Below, piece by piece: positions 24,601-37,800 of a stretch of DNA of 64,000 nucleotides. The first letter of the stretch is position 1. Each line of letters begins with the position of its first letter. Where the stretch lies: the NCBI RefSeq assembly GCF_009914755.1, contig NC_060944.1. One strand, given 5' to 3'. Source of the stretch: the human T2T-CHM13v2.0 reference genome, Homo sapiens. The notes below the pieces were generated by a model that was not told where the DNA came from, made no database searches, and saw only the letters and a program-made list of their open reading frames with translations. Position numbers and translations under genes: made by a program.

Positions 24601-27600
24601 GCATTCTCAGAAACTTCTTTGTGATGTGTGTAGTGAACTCACAGAGTTGAACCTTTCTTTTGATACAGCAGTTTTGAAACACTCTTTTTGTAGAATCTGC
24701 AAGTGGTTATTTTGATAGCTTTGAGGCTTTCATTGGAAACGGGAATATCTTCACATAAAAACTAGACAGAAGCATTCTCAGAAACATCTTTATGAAGTTT
24801 GCATTCAACTCAGAGAGTTGAACTTTCCATTCCATACAGCGGTTTTGAAACTCTCTTTTTCTAGAATCTGTAAGTGGAAACTTGGAGCGCTTCGAGGCCT
24901 ATGGTGAAAAAGGGAATATCTTCCCATAAAAAGTAGACAGAAGAATTCTCAGTAACTACTTTGTGATGTGTGTACTCAACTCACAGAGTTGAACTTTTCT
25001 TTTGAAAGAGAAGTTTTGAAACACTCTTTTTGTAGAATCTGCAAATGGGTATTTAGCCTGATTTGAGGCCTTCAGTGGAATGGGAATATCTTCACATAAA
25101 ACTAGACAGAAGCATTCTCAGAAACTTCGTTGTGATGTGTGCATTCAACTCCCAGAGTTGAACCTCTCTTTTGATAGAGCAGTTCTGAAACAATCTTTTT
25201 GTGGTATCTGGAAGTGGACGTTTGGAGCGATTCGAGGCCTATGGTGAAAAAGGCAATATCTTCACCTAAAAACTAGACAGAAGCATTCTCCGAAACTGCT
25301 TTGTGATATGTGTAGTCAACTCACGGAGTTGAAACTTTGTTTTGATGCAGCAGTTTTGAAACACTCTTTTTGTTAGAATCTTCAAGTGGATATTTGGATA
25401 GCTTTGAGGCTTTCATTGGAAACGGGAATATCTACACATAAGAACTAGACAGAAGCATTCTCAGAAAGTTCTTTATGAAGTTCGCATTCAACTCACAGAG
25501 TTGTACATTCCTTTTCACACAGCAGTTTTGAGACATTCTTTTTGTAGAATCTGCAAGTGGACATTTGGAGTGATTTGAGACATAGGGTGAAAAAGGAATA
25601 TCTTCCCATAAAAAGTAGACAGAAGCATTCTCAGAAACGACTTTCTGATTTGTGTACTCAACTCACAGATTTAACCCTTTCCTTTGATACAGCAGTTCGG
25701 GAACACTCTTCTTATAGAATTTACGAGCGGATATAAGGACAGCAGTGAGGATTTCATCGGAAACGGAATATCTTCACATAAAAGTAGACAGAAGCATTCT
25801 CAGAAAGTTCTTTGTAATGTGTGCATTCAACTCACAGAGTTGAAACTTTCTTTTGATAGAGCAGATAGGAAGCCCTCTTTTTGTAGAGTTTGCAAGTGGA
25901 TATCTGGACAGCTTTGAGGCCTTCCCTGGAAACGAGTGTATCTTCACATATACACTAGACAGAAGCATCCTCAGAAACTTGTTGGTGATGCTTGCATTCA
26001 ACTCACAGAATTGAACATTTCATTTCCTAGAGCAGTTTTGAAACACTCTTTTTGTAGTATCTGGAAGCGGACATTTGGAGCACTTTGAGGCCTAGGGTGA
26101 AAAAGGAAATATCTTCACATAAAAACTAGACAGAAGCATTCTCTGAAACTTCTTTGTGATGTGTGTACTCAACTCACAGAGTTGAACTTTTCTTCTCATA
26201 GATCAGATTTGAAACCCTCTTTTTGTAGAGTCTGCAAGTGTATATTTGGATAGCTTTGAGGATTTCATTGGAAACGGGAATATCTTCCCATAAAAACTAG
26301 AAAGAAGCATTCTCAGAAAGTTCTTTGTGATGCTTGCATTCAACTCACAGAGTTGAACATTCCCTTTCATACAGCAGTTTGGAAACACTCTTTTTGTAGT
26401 ATCTGGAAGTGGACCTTTGGAGCGCTTTGGGGCCTAGGGTGAAAAAGGAAATATCCTCACCTAAAAACTAGACAGAAGCATTCTCAGAAACTTCTTTGTG
26501 ATGTGTGTAGTGAACTCACAGAGTTGAACCTTTCTTTTGATACAGCAGTTTTGAAACACTCTTTTTGTAGAATCTGCAAGTGGTTATTTTGATAGCTTTG
26601 AGGCTTTCATTGGAAACGGGAATATCTTCACATAAAAACTAGACAGAAGCATTCTCAGAAACATCTTTATGAAGTTTGCATTCAACTCAGAGAGTTGAAC
26701 TTTCCATTCCATACAGCGGTTTTGAAACTCTCTTTTTCTAGAATCTGTAAGTGGAAACTTGGAGCGCTTCGAGGCCTATGGTGAAAAAGGGAATCTCTTC
26801 CCATAAAAAGTAGACAGAAGAATTCTCAGTAACTACTTTGTGATGTGTGTACTCAACTCACAGAGTTGAACTTTTCTTTTGAAAGAGAAGTTTTGAAACA
26901 CTCTTTTTGTAGAATCTGCAAATGGGTATTTAGCCTGATTTGAGGCCTTCAGTGGAATGGGAATATCTTCACATAAAACTAGACAGAAGCATTCTCAGAA
27001 ACTTCGTTGTGATGTGTGCATTCAACTCCCAGAGTTGAACCTCTCTTTTGATAGAGCAGTTCTGAAACAATCTTTTTGTGGTATCTGGAAGTGGACGTTT
27101 GGAGCGATTCGAGGCCTATGGTGAAAAAGGCAATATCTTCACCTAAAAACTAGACAGAAGCATTCTCAGAAACTGCTTTGTGATATGTGTAGTCAAGTCA
27201 CGGAGTTGAAACTTGGTTTTGATGCAGCAGTTTTGAAACACTCTTTTTGTTAGAATCTTCAAGTGGATATTTGGATAGCTTTGAGGCTTTCATGGGAAAC
27301 GGGAATATCTACACATAAGAACTAGACAGAAGCATTCTCAGAAAGTTCTTTATGAAGTTCGCATTCAACTCACAGAGTTGTACCTTCCTTTTCACACAGC
27401 AGTTTTGAGACATTCTTTTTGTAGAATCTGCAAGTGGACATTTGCAGTGATTTGAGACATAGGGTGAAAAAGGAATATCTTCCCATAAAAAGTAGACAGA
27501 AGCATTCTCAGAAACGACTTTCTGATTTGTGTACTCAACTCACAGAGTTAAACCTTTCCTTTGATACAGCAGTTCGGAAACACTCTTCTTGTAGAATTTA

Positions 27601-30600
27601 CGAGCGGATATAAGGACAGCAGTGAGGATTTCATCGGAAACGGAATATCTTCACATAAAAGTAGACAGAAGCATTCTCAGAAAGTTCTTTGTAATGTGTG
27701 CATTCAACTCACAGAGTTGAAACTTTCTTTTGATAGAGCAGATAGGAAGCCCTCTTTTTGTAGAATTTGCAAGTGGATATCTGGACAGCTTTGAGGCCTT
27801 CCCTGGAAACGAGTGTATCTTCACATAAACACTAGACAGAAGCATCCTTAGAAACTTGTTGGTGATGCTTGCATTCAACTCACAGAATTGAACATTTCTT
27901 TTCCTAGAGCAGTTTTGAAACACTCTTTTTGTAGTATCTGGAAGCGGACATTTGGAGCACTTTGAGGCCTAGGGTGAAAAAGGAAATATCTTCACATAAA
28001 AACTAGACAGAAGCCTTCTCTGAAACTTCTTTGTGATGTGTGTACTCAACTCACAGAGTTGAACTTTTCTTCTCATAGATCAGATTTGAAACCCTCTTTT
28101 TGTAGAGTCTGCAAGTGTATATTTGGATAGCTTTGAGGATTTCATTGGAAACGGGAATATCTTCCCATAAAAACTAGAAAGAAGCATTCTCAGAAAGTTC
28201 TTTGTGATGCTTGCATTCAACTCACAGAGTTGAACATTCCCTTTCATACAGCAGTTTGGAAACACTCTTTTTGTAGTATCTGGAAGTGGACCTTTGGAGC
28301 GCTTTGGGGCCTAGGGTGAAAAAGGAAATATCCTCACCTAAAAACTAGACAGAAGCATTCTCAGAAACTTCTTTGTGATGTGTGTAGTGAACTCACAGAG
28401 TTGAACCTTTCTTTTGATACAGCAGTTTTGAAACACTCTTTTTGTAGAATCTGCAAGTGGTTATTTTGATAGCTTTGAGGCTTTCATTGGAAACGGGAAT
28501 ATCTTCACATAAAAACTAGACAGAAGCATTCTCAGAAACATCTTTATGAAGTTTGCATTCAACTCAGAGAGTTGAACTTTCCATTCCATACAGCGGTTTT
28601 GAAACTCTCTTTTTCTAGAATCTGTAAGTGGAAACTTGGAGCGCTTCGAGGCCTATGGTGAAAAAGGGAATATCTTCCCATAAAAAGTAGACAGAAGAAT
28701 TCTCAGTAACTACTTTGTGATGTGTGTACTCAACTCACAGAGTTGAACTTTTCTTTTGAAAGAGAAGTTTTGAAACACTCTTTTTGTAGAATGTGCAAAT
28801 GGGTATTTAGCCTGATTTGAGGCCTTCAGTGGAATGGGAATATCTTCACATAAAACTAGACAGAAGCATTCTCAGAAACTTCGTTGTGATGTGTGCATTC
28901 AACTCCCAGAGTTGAACCTCTCTTTTGATAGAGCAGTTCTGAAACAATCTTTTTGTGGTATCTGGAAGTGGACGTTTGGAGCGATTCGAGGCCTATGGTG
29001 AAAAAGGCAATATCTTCACCTAAAAACTAGACAGAAGCATTCTCAGAAACTGCTTTGTGATATGTGTAGTCAACTCACGGAGTTGAAACTTGGTTTTGAT
29101 ACAGCAGTTTTGAAACACTCTTTTTGTTAGAATCTTCAAGTGGATATTTGGATAGCTTTGAGGCTTTCATTGGAAACGGGAATATCTACACATAAGAACT
29201 AGACAGAAGCATTCTCAGAAAGTTCTTTATGAAGTTCTCATTCAACTCACAGAGTTGTACCTTCCTTTTCACACAGCAGTTTTGAGACATTCTTTTTGTA
29301 GAATCTGCAAGTGGACATTTGGAGTGATTTGAGACATAGGGTGAAAAAGGAATATCTTCCCATAAAAAGTAGACAGAAGCATTCTCAGAAACGACTTTCT
29401 GATTTGTGTACTCAACTCACAGAGTTAAACCTTTCCTTTGATACAGCAGTTCGGAAACACTCTTCTTGTAGAATTTACGAGCGGATATAAGGACAGCAGT
29501 GAGGCTTTCATCGGAAACGGAATATCGTCACATAAAAGTAGACAGAAGCATTCTCAGAAAGTTCTTTGTAATGTGTGCATTCAACTCACAGAGTTGAAAC
29601 TTTCTTTTGATAGAGCAGATAGGAATCCCTCTTTTTGTAAAATTTGCAAGTGGATATCTGGACAGCTTTGAGGCCTTCCCTGGAAACGAGTGTGTCTTCA
29701 CATAAACACTAGACAGAAGCATCCTTAGAAACTTGTTGGTGATGCTTGCATTCAACTCACAGAATTGAACATTTCTTTTCCTAGAGCAGTTTTGAAACAC
29801 TCTTTTTGTAGTATCTGGAAGCGGACATTTGGAGCACTTTGAGGCCTAGGGTGAAAAAGGAAATATCTTCACATAAAAACTAGACAGAAGCCTTCTCTGA
29901 AACTTCTTTGTGATGTGTGTACTCAACTCACAGAGTTGAACTTTTCTTCTCATAGATCAGATTTGAAACCCTCTTTTTGTAGAGTCTGCAAGTGTATATT
30001 TGGATAGCTTTGAGGATTTCATTGGAAACGGGAATATCTTCCCATAAAAACTAGAAAGAAGCATTCTCAGAAAGTTCTTTGTGATGCTTGCATTCAACTC
30101 ACAGAGTTGAACATTCCCTTTCATACAGCAGTTTGGAAACACTCTTTTTGTAGTATCTGGAAGTGGACCTTTGGAGCGCTTTGGGGCCTAGGGTGAAAAA
30201 GGAAATATCCTCACCTAAAAACTAGACAGAAGCATTCTCAGAAACTTCTTTGTGATGTGTGTAGTGAACTCACAGAGTTGAACCTTTCTTTTGATACAGC
30301 AGTTTTGAAACACTCTTTTTGTAGAATCTGCAAGTGGTTATTTTGATAGCTTTGAGGCTTTCATTGGAAACGGGAATATCTTCACATAAAAACTAGACAG
30401 AAGCATTCTCAGAAACATCTTTATGAAGTTTGCATTCAACTCAGAGAGTTGAACTTTCCATTCCATACAGCGGTTTTGAAACTCTCTTTTTCTAGAATCT
30501 GTAAGTGGAAACTTGGAGCGCTTCGAGGCCTATGGTGAAAAAGGGAATATCTTCCCATAAAAAGTAGACAGAAGAATTCTCAGTAACTACTTTGTGATGT

Positions 30601-33600
30601 GTGTACTCAACTCACAGAGTTGAACTTTTCTTTTGAAAGAGAAGTTTTGAAACACTCTTTTTGTAGAATCTGCAAATGGGTATTTAGCCTGCTGTGAGGC
30701 CTTCATTGGAAACGGGAATATCTTCACATAAAACTAGACAGAAGCATTCTCAGAAACTTCGTTGTGATGTGTGCATTCAACTCCCAGAGTTGAACCTCTC
30801 TTTTGATAGAGCAGTTCTGAAACAATCTTTTTGTGGTATCTGGAAGTGGACGTTTGGAGCGATTCGAGGCCTATGGTGAAAAAGGCAATATCTTCACCTA
30901 AAAACTAGACAGAAGCATTCTCAGAAACTGCTTTGTGATATGTGTAGTCAAGTCACGGAGTTGAAACTTGATTTTGATGCAGCAGTTTTGAAACACTCTT
31001 TTTGTTAGAATCTTCAAGTGGATATTTGGATAGCTTTGAGGCTTTCATGGGAAACGGGAATATCTACACATAAGAACTAGACAGAAGCATTCTCAGAAAG
31101 TTCTTTATGAAGTTCGCATTCAACTCACAGAGTTGTACCTTCCTTTTCACACAGCAGTTTTGAGACATTCTTTTTGTAGAATCTGCAAGTGGACATTTGG
31201 AGTGATTTGAGACATAGGGTGAAAAAGGAATATCTTCCCATAAAAAGTAGACAGAAGCATTCTCAGAAACGACTTTCTGATTTGTGTACTCAACTCACAG
31301 AGTTAAACCTTTCCTTTGATACAGCAGTTCGGAAACACTCTTCTTGTAGAATTTACGAGCGGATATAAGGACAGCAGTGAGGATTTCATCGGAAACGGAA
31401 TATCTTCACATAAAAGTAGACAGAAGCATTCTCAGAAAGTTCTTTGTAATGTGTGCATTCAACTCACAGAGTTGAAACTTTCTTTTGATAGAGCAGATAG
31501 GAAGCCCTCTTTTTGTAGAATTTGCAAGTGGATATCTGGACAGCTTTGAGGCCTTCCCTGGAAACGAGTGTATCTTCACATAAACACTAGACAGAAGCAT
31601 CCTTAGAAACTTGTTGGTGATGCTTGCATTCAACTCACAGAATTGAACATTTCTTTTCCTAGAGCAGTTTTGAAACACTCTTTTTGTAGTATCTGGAAGC
31701 GGACATTTGGAGCACTTTGAGGCCTAGGGTGAAAAAGGAAATATCTTCACATAAAAACTAGACAGAAGCCTTCTCTGAAACTTCTTTGTGATGTGTGTAC
31801 TCAACTCACAGAGTTGAACTTTTCTTCTCATAGATCAGATTTGAAACCCTCTTTTTGTAGAGTCTGCAAGTGTATATTTGGATAGCTTTGAGGATTTCAT
31901 TGGAAACGGGAATATCTTCCCATAAAAACTAGAAAGAAGCATTCTCAGAAAGTTCTTTGTGATGCTTGCATTCAACTCACAGAGTTGAACATTCCCTTTC
32001 ATACAGCAGTTTGGAAACACTCTTTTTGTAGTATCTGGAAGTGGACCTTTGGAGCGCTTTGGGGCCTAGGGTGAAAAAGGAAATATCCTCACCTAAAAAC
32101 CAGACAGAAGCATTCTCAGAAACTTCTTTGTGATGTGTGTAGTCAACTCACAGAGTTGAACCTTTCTTTTGATACAGCAGTTTTGAAACACTCTTTTTGT
32201 AGAATCTGCAAGTGGTTATTTTGATAGCTTTGAGGCTTTCATTGGAAACGGGAATATCTTCACATAAAAACTAGACAGAAGCATTCTCAGAAACATCTTT
32301 ATGAAGTTTGCATTCAACTCAGAGAGTTGAACTTTCCATTCCATACAGCGGTTTTGAAACTCTCTTTTTCTAGAATCTGTAAGTGGAAACTTGGAGCGCT
32401 TCGAGGCCTATGGTGAAAAAGGGAATATCTTCCCATAAAAAGTAGACAGAAGAATTCTCAGTAACTACTTTGTGATGTGTGTACTCAACTCACAGAGTTG
32501 AACTTTTCTTTTGAAAGAGAAGTTTTGAAACACTCTTTTTGTAGAATCTGCAAATGGGTATTTAGCCTGCTGTGAGGCCTTCATTGGAAACGGGAATATC
32601 TTCACATAAAACTAGACAGAAGCATTCTCAGAAACTTCGTTGTGATGTGTGCATTCAACTCCCAGAGTTGAACCTCTCTTTTGATAGAGCAGTTCTGAAA
32701 CAATCTTTTTGTGGTATCTGGAAGTGGACGTTTGGAGCGATTCGAGGCCTATGGTGAAAAAGGCAATATCTTCACCTAAAAACTAGACAGAAGCATTCTC
32801 AGAAACTGCTTTGTGATATGTGTAGTCAAGTCACGGAGTTGAAACTTGATTTTGATGCAGCAGTTTTGAAACACTCTTTTTGTTAGAATCTTCAAGTGGA
32901 TATTTGGATAGCTTTGAGGCTTTCATGGGAAACGGGAATATCTACACATAAGAACTAGACAGAAGCATTCTCAGAAAGTTCTTTATGAAGTTCGCATTCA
33001 ACTCACAGAGTTGTACCTTCCTTTTCACACAGCAGTTTTGAGACATTCTTTTTGTAGAATCTGCAAGTGGACATTTGGAGTGATTTGAGACATAGGGTGA
33101 AAAAGGAATATCTTCCCATAAAAAGTAGACAGAAGCATTCTCAGAAACGACTTTCTGATTTGTGTACTCAACTCACAGAGTTAAACCTTTCCTTTGATAC
33201 AGCAGTTCGGAAACACTCTTCTTGTAGAATTTACGAGCGGATATAAGGACAGCAGTGAGGATTTCATCGGAAACGGAATATCTTCACATAAAAGTAGACA
33301 GAAGCATTCTCAGAAAGTTCTTTGTAATGTGTGCATTCAACTCACAGAGTTGAAACTTTCTTTTGATAGAGCAGATAGGAAGCCCTCTTTTTGTAGAATT
33401 TGCAAGTGGATATCTGGACAGCTTTGAGGCCTTCCCTGGAAACGAGTGTATCTTCACATAAACACTAGACAGAAGCATCCTTAGAAACTTGTTGGTGATG
33501 CTTGCATTCAACTCACAGAATTGAACATTTCTTTTCCTAGAGCAGTTTTGAAACACTCTTTTTGTAGTATCTGGAAGCGGACATTTGGAGCACTTTGAGG

Positions 33601-34899
33601 CCTAGGGTGAAAAAGGAAATATCTTCACATAAAAACTAGACAGAAGCCTTCTCTGAAACTTCTTTGTGATGTGTGTACTCAACTCACAGAGTTGAACTTT
33701 TCTTCTCATAGATCAGATTTGAAACCCTCTTTTTGTAGAGTCTGCAAGTGTATATTTGGATAGCTTTGAGGATTTCATTGGAAACGGGAATATCTTCCCA
33801 TAAAAACTAGAAAGAAGCATTCTCAGAAACTTCTTTGTGATGCTTGCATTCAACTCACAGAGTTGAACATTCCCTTTCATACAGCAGTTTGGAAACACTC
33901 TTTTTGTAGTATCTGGAAGTGGACCTTTGGAGCGCTTTGGGGCCTAGGGTGAAAAAGGAAATATCCTCACCTAAAAACCAGACAGAAGCATTCTCAGAAA
34001 CTTCTTTGTGATGTGTGTAGTCAACTCACAGAGTTGAACCTTTCTTTTGATACAGCAGTTTTGAAACACTCTTTTTGTAGAATCTGCAAGTGGTTATTTT
34101 GATAGCTTTGAGGCTTTCATTGGAAACGGGAATATCTTCACATAAAAACTAGACAGAAGCATTCTCAGAAACATCTTTATGAAGTTTGCATTCAACTCAG
34201 AGAGTTGAACTTTCCATTCCATACAGCGGTTTTGAAACTCTCTTTTTCTAGAATCTGTAAGTGGAAACTTGGAGCGCTTCGAGGCCTATGGTGAAAAAGG
34301 GAATATCTTCCCATAAAAAGTAGACAGAAGAATTCTCAGTAACTACTTTGTGATGTGTGTACTCAACTCACAGAGTTGAACTTTTCTTTTGAAAGAGAAG
34401 TTTTGAAACACTCTTTTTGTAGAATCTGCAAATGGGTATTTAGCCTGATTTGAGGCCTTCAGTGGAATGGGAATATCTTCACATAAAACTAGACAGAAGC
34501 ATTCTCAGAAACTTCGTTGTGATGTGTGCATTCAACTCCCAGAGTTGAACCTCTCTTTTGATAGAGCAGTTCTGAAACAATCTTTTTGTGGTATCTGGAA
34601 GTGGACGTTTGGAGCGATTCGAGGCCTATGGTGAAAAAGGCAATATCTTCACCTAAAAACTAGACAGAAGCATTCTCAGAAACTGCTTTGTGATATGTGT
34701 AGTCAACTCACGGAGTTGAAACTTGGTTTTGATACAGCAGTTTTGAAACACTCTTTTTGTTAGAATCTTCAAGTGGATATTTGGATAGCTTTGAGGCTTT
34801 CATTGGAAACGGGAATATCTACACATAAGAACTAGACAGAAGCATTCTCAGAAAGTTCTTTATGAAGTTCGCATTCAACTCACAGAGTTGTACCTTCCT

Positions 34900-37800
34900 T
34901 TTCACACAGCAGTTTTGAGACATTCTTTTTGTAGAATCTGCAAGTGGACATTTGGAGTGATTTGAGACATTGGGTGAAAAAGGAATATCTTCCCATAAAA
35001 AGTAGACAGAAGCATTCTCAGAAACGACTTTCTGATTTGTGTACTCAACTCACAGAGTTAACCCTTTCCTTTGATACAGCAGTTCGGGAACACTCTTCTT
35101 ATAGAATTTACGAGCGGATATAAGGACAGCAGTGAGGATTTCATCGGAAACGGAATATCTTCACATAAAAGTAGACAGAAGCATTCTCAGAAAGTTCTTT
35201 GTAATGTGTGCATTCAACTCACAGAGTTGAAACTTTCTTTTGATAGAGCAGATAGGAAGCCCTCTTTTTGTAGAGTTTGCAAGTGGATATCTGGACAGCT
35301 TTGAGGCCTTCCCTGGAAACGAGTGTATCTTCACATATACACTAGACAGAAGCATCCTCAGAAACTTGTTGGTGATGCTTGCATTCAACTCACAGAATTG
35401 AACATTTCATTTCCTAGAGCAGTTTTGAAACACTCTTCTTGTAGTATCTGGAAGCGGACATTTGGAGCACTTTGAGGCCTAGGGTGAAAAAGGAAATATC
35501 TTCACATAAAAACTAGACAGAAGCATTCTCTGAAACTTCTTTGTGATGTGTGTACTCAACTCACAGAGTTGAACTTTTCTTCTCATAGATCAGATTTGAA
35601 ACCCTCTTTTTGTAGAGTCTGCAAGTGTATATTTGGATAGCTTTGAGGATTTCATTGGAAACGGGAATATCTTCCCATAAAAACTAGAAAGAAGCATTCT
35701 CAGAAACTTCTTTGTGATGCTTGCATTCAACTCACAGAGTTGAACATTCCCTTTCATACAGCAGTTTGGAAACACTCTTTTTGTAGTATCTGGAAGTGGA
35801 CCTTTGGAGCGCTTTGGGGCCTAGGGTGAAAAAGGAAATATCCTCACCTAAAAACCAGACAGAAGCATTCTCAGAAACTTCTTTGTGATGTGTGTAGTCA
35901 ACTCACAGAGTTGAACCTTTCTTTTGATACAGCAGTTTTGAAACACTCTTTTTGTAGTATCTGCAAGTGGTTATTTTGATAGCTTTGAGGCTTTCATTGG
36001 AAACGGGAATATCTTCACATAAAAACTAGACAGAAGCATTCTCAGAAACTTCTTTATGAAGTTTGCATTCAACTCACAGAGTTGAACTTTCCATTCCATA
36101 CAGCGGTTTTGAAACTCTCTTTTTCTAGAATCTGTAAGTGGAAACTTGGAGCGCTTCGAGGCCTATGGTGAAAAAGGGAATATCTTCCCATAAAAAGTAG
36201 ACAGAAGAATTCTCAGTAACTACTTTGTGATGTGTGTACTCAACTCACAGAGTTGAACTTTTCTTTTGAAAGAGAAGTTTTGAAACACTCTTTTTGTAGA
36301 ATCTGCAAATGGGTATTTAGCCTGATTTGAGGCCTTCAGTGGAATGGGAATATCTTCACATAAAACTAGACAGAAGCATTCTCAGAAACTTCGTTGTGAT
36401 GTGTGCATTCAACTCCCAGAGTTGAACCTCTCTTTTGATAGAGCAGTTCTGAAACAATCTTTTTGTGGTATCTGGAAGTGGACGTTTGGAGCGATTCGAG
36501 GCCTATGGTGAAAAAGGCAATATCTTCACCTAAAAACTAGACAGAAGCATTCTCAGAAACTGCTTTGTGATATGTGTAGTCAACTCACGGAGTTGAAACT
36601 TGGTTTTGATACAGCAGTTTTGAAACACTCTTTTTGTTAGAATCTTCAAGTGGATATTTGGATAGCTTTGAGGCTTTCATTGGAAACGGGAATATCTACA
36701 CATAAGAACTAGACAGAAGCATTCTCAGAAAGTTCTTTATGAAGTTCGCATTCAACTCACAGAGTTGTACCTTCCTTTTCACACAGCAGTTTTGAGACAT
36801 TCTTTTTGTAGAATCTGCAAGTGGACATTTGGAGTGATTTGAGACATAGGGTGAAAAAGGAATATCTTCCCATAAAAAGTAGACAGAAGCATTCTCAGAA
36901 ACGACTTTCTGATTTGTGTACTCAACTCACAGAGTTAACCCTTTCCTTTGATACAGCAGTTCGGGAACACTCTTCTTATAGAATTTACGAGCGGATATAA
37001 GGACAGCAGTGAGGATTTCATCGGAAACGGAATATCTTCACATAAAAGTAGACAGAAGCATTCTCAGAAAGTTCTTTGTAATGTGTGCATTCAACTCACA
37101 GAGTTGAAACTTTCTTTTGATAGAGCAGATAGGAAGCCCTCTTTTTGTAGAGTTTGCAAGTGGATATCTGGACAGCTTTGAGGCCTTCCCTGGAAACGAG
37201 TGTATCTTCACATATACACTAGACAGAAGCATCCTCAGAAACTTGTTGGTGATGCTTGCATTCAACTCACAGAATTGAACATTTCATTTCCTAGAGCAGT
37301 TTTGAAACACTCTTCTTGTAGTATCTGGAAGCGGACATTTGGAGCACTTTGAGGCCTAGGGTGAAAAAGGAAATATCTTCACATAAAAACTAGACAGAAG
37401 CATTCTCTGAAACTTCTTTGTGATGTGTGTACTCAACTCACAGAGTTGAACTTTTCTTCTCATAGATCAGATTTGAAACCCTCTTTTTGTAGAGTCTGCA
37501 AGTGTATATTTGGATAGCTTTGAGGATTTCATTGGAAACGGGAATATCTTCCCATAAAAACTAGAAAGAAGCATTCTCAGAAACTTCTTTGTGATGCTTG
37601 CATTCAACTCACAGAGTTGAACATTCCCTTTCATACAGCAGTTTGGAAACACTCTTTTTGTAGTATCTGGAAGTGGACCTTTGGAGCGCTTTGGGGCCTA
37701 GGGTGAAAAAGGAAATATCCTCACCTAAAAACCAGACAGAAGCATTCTCAGAAACTTCTTTGTGATGTGTGTAGTCAACTCACAGAGTTGAACCTTTCTT

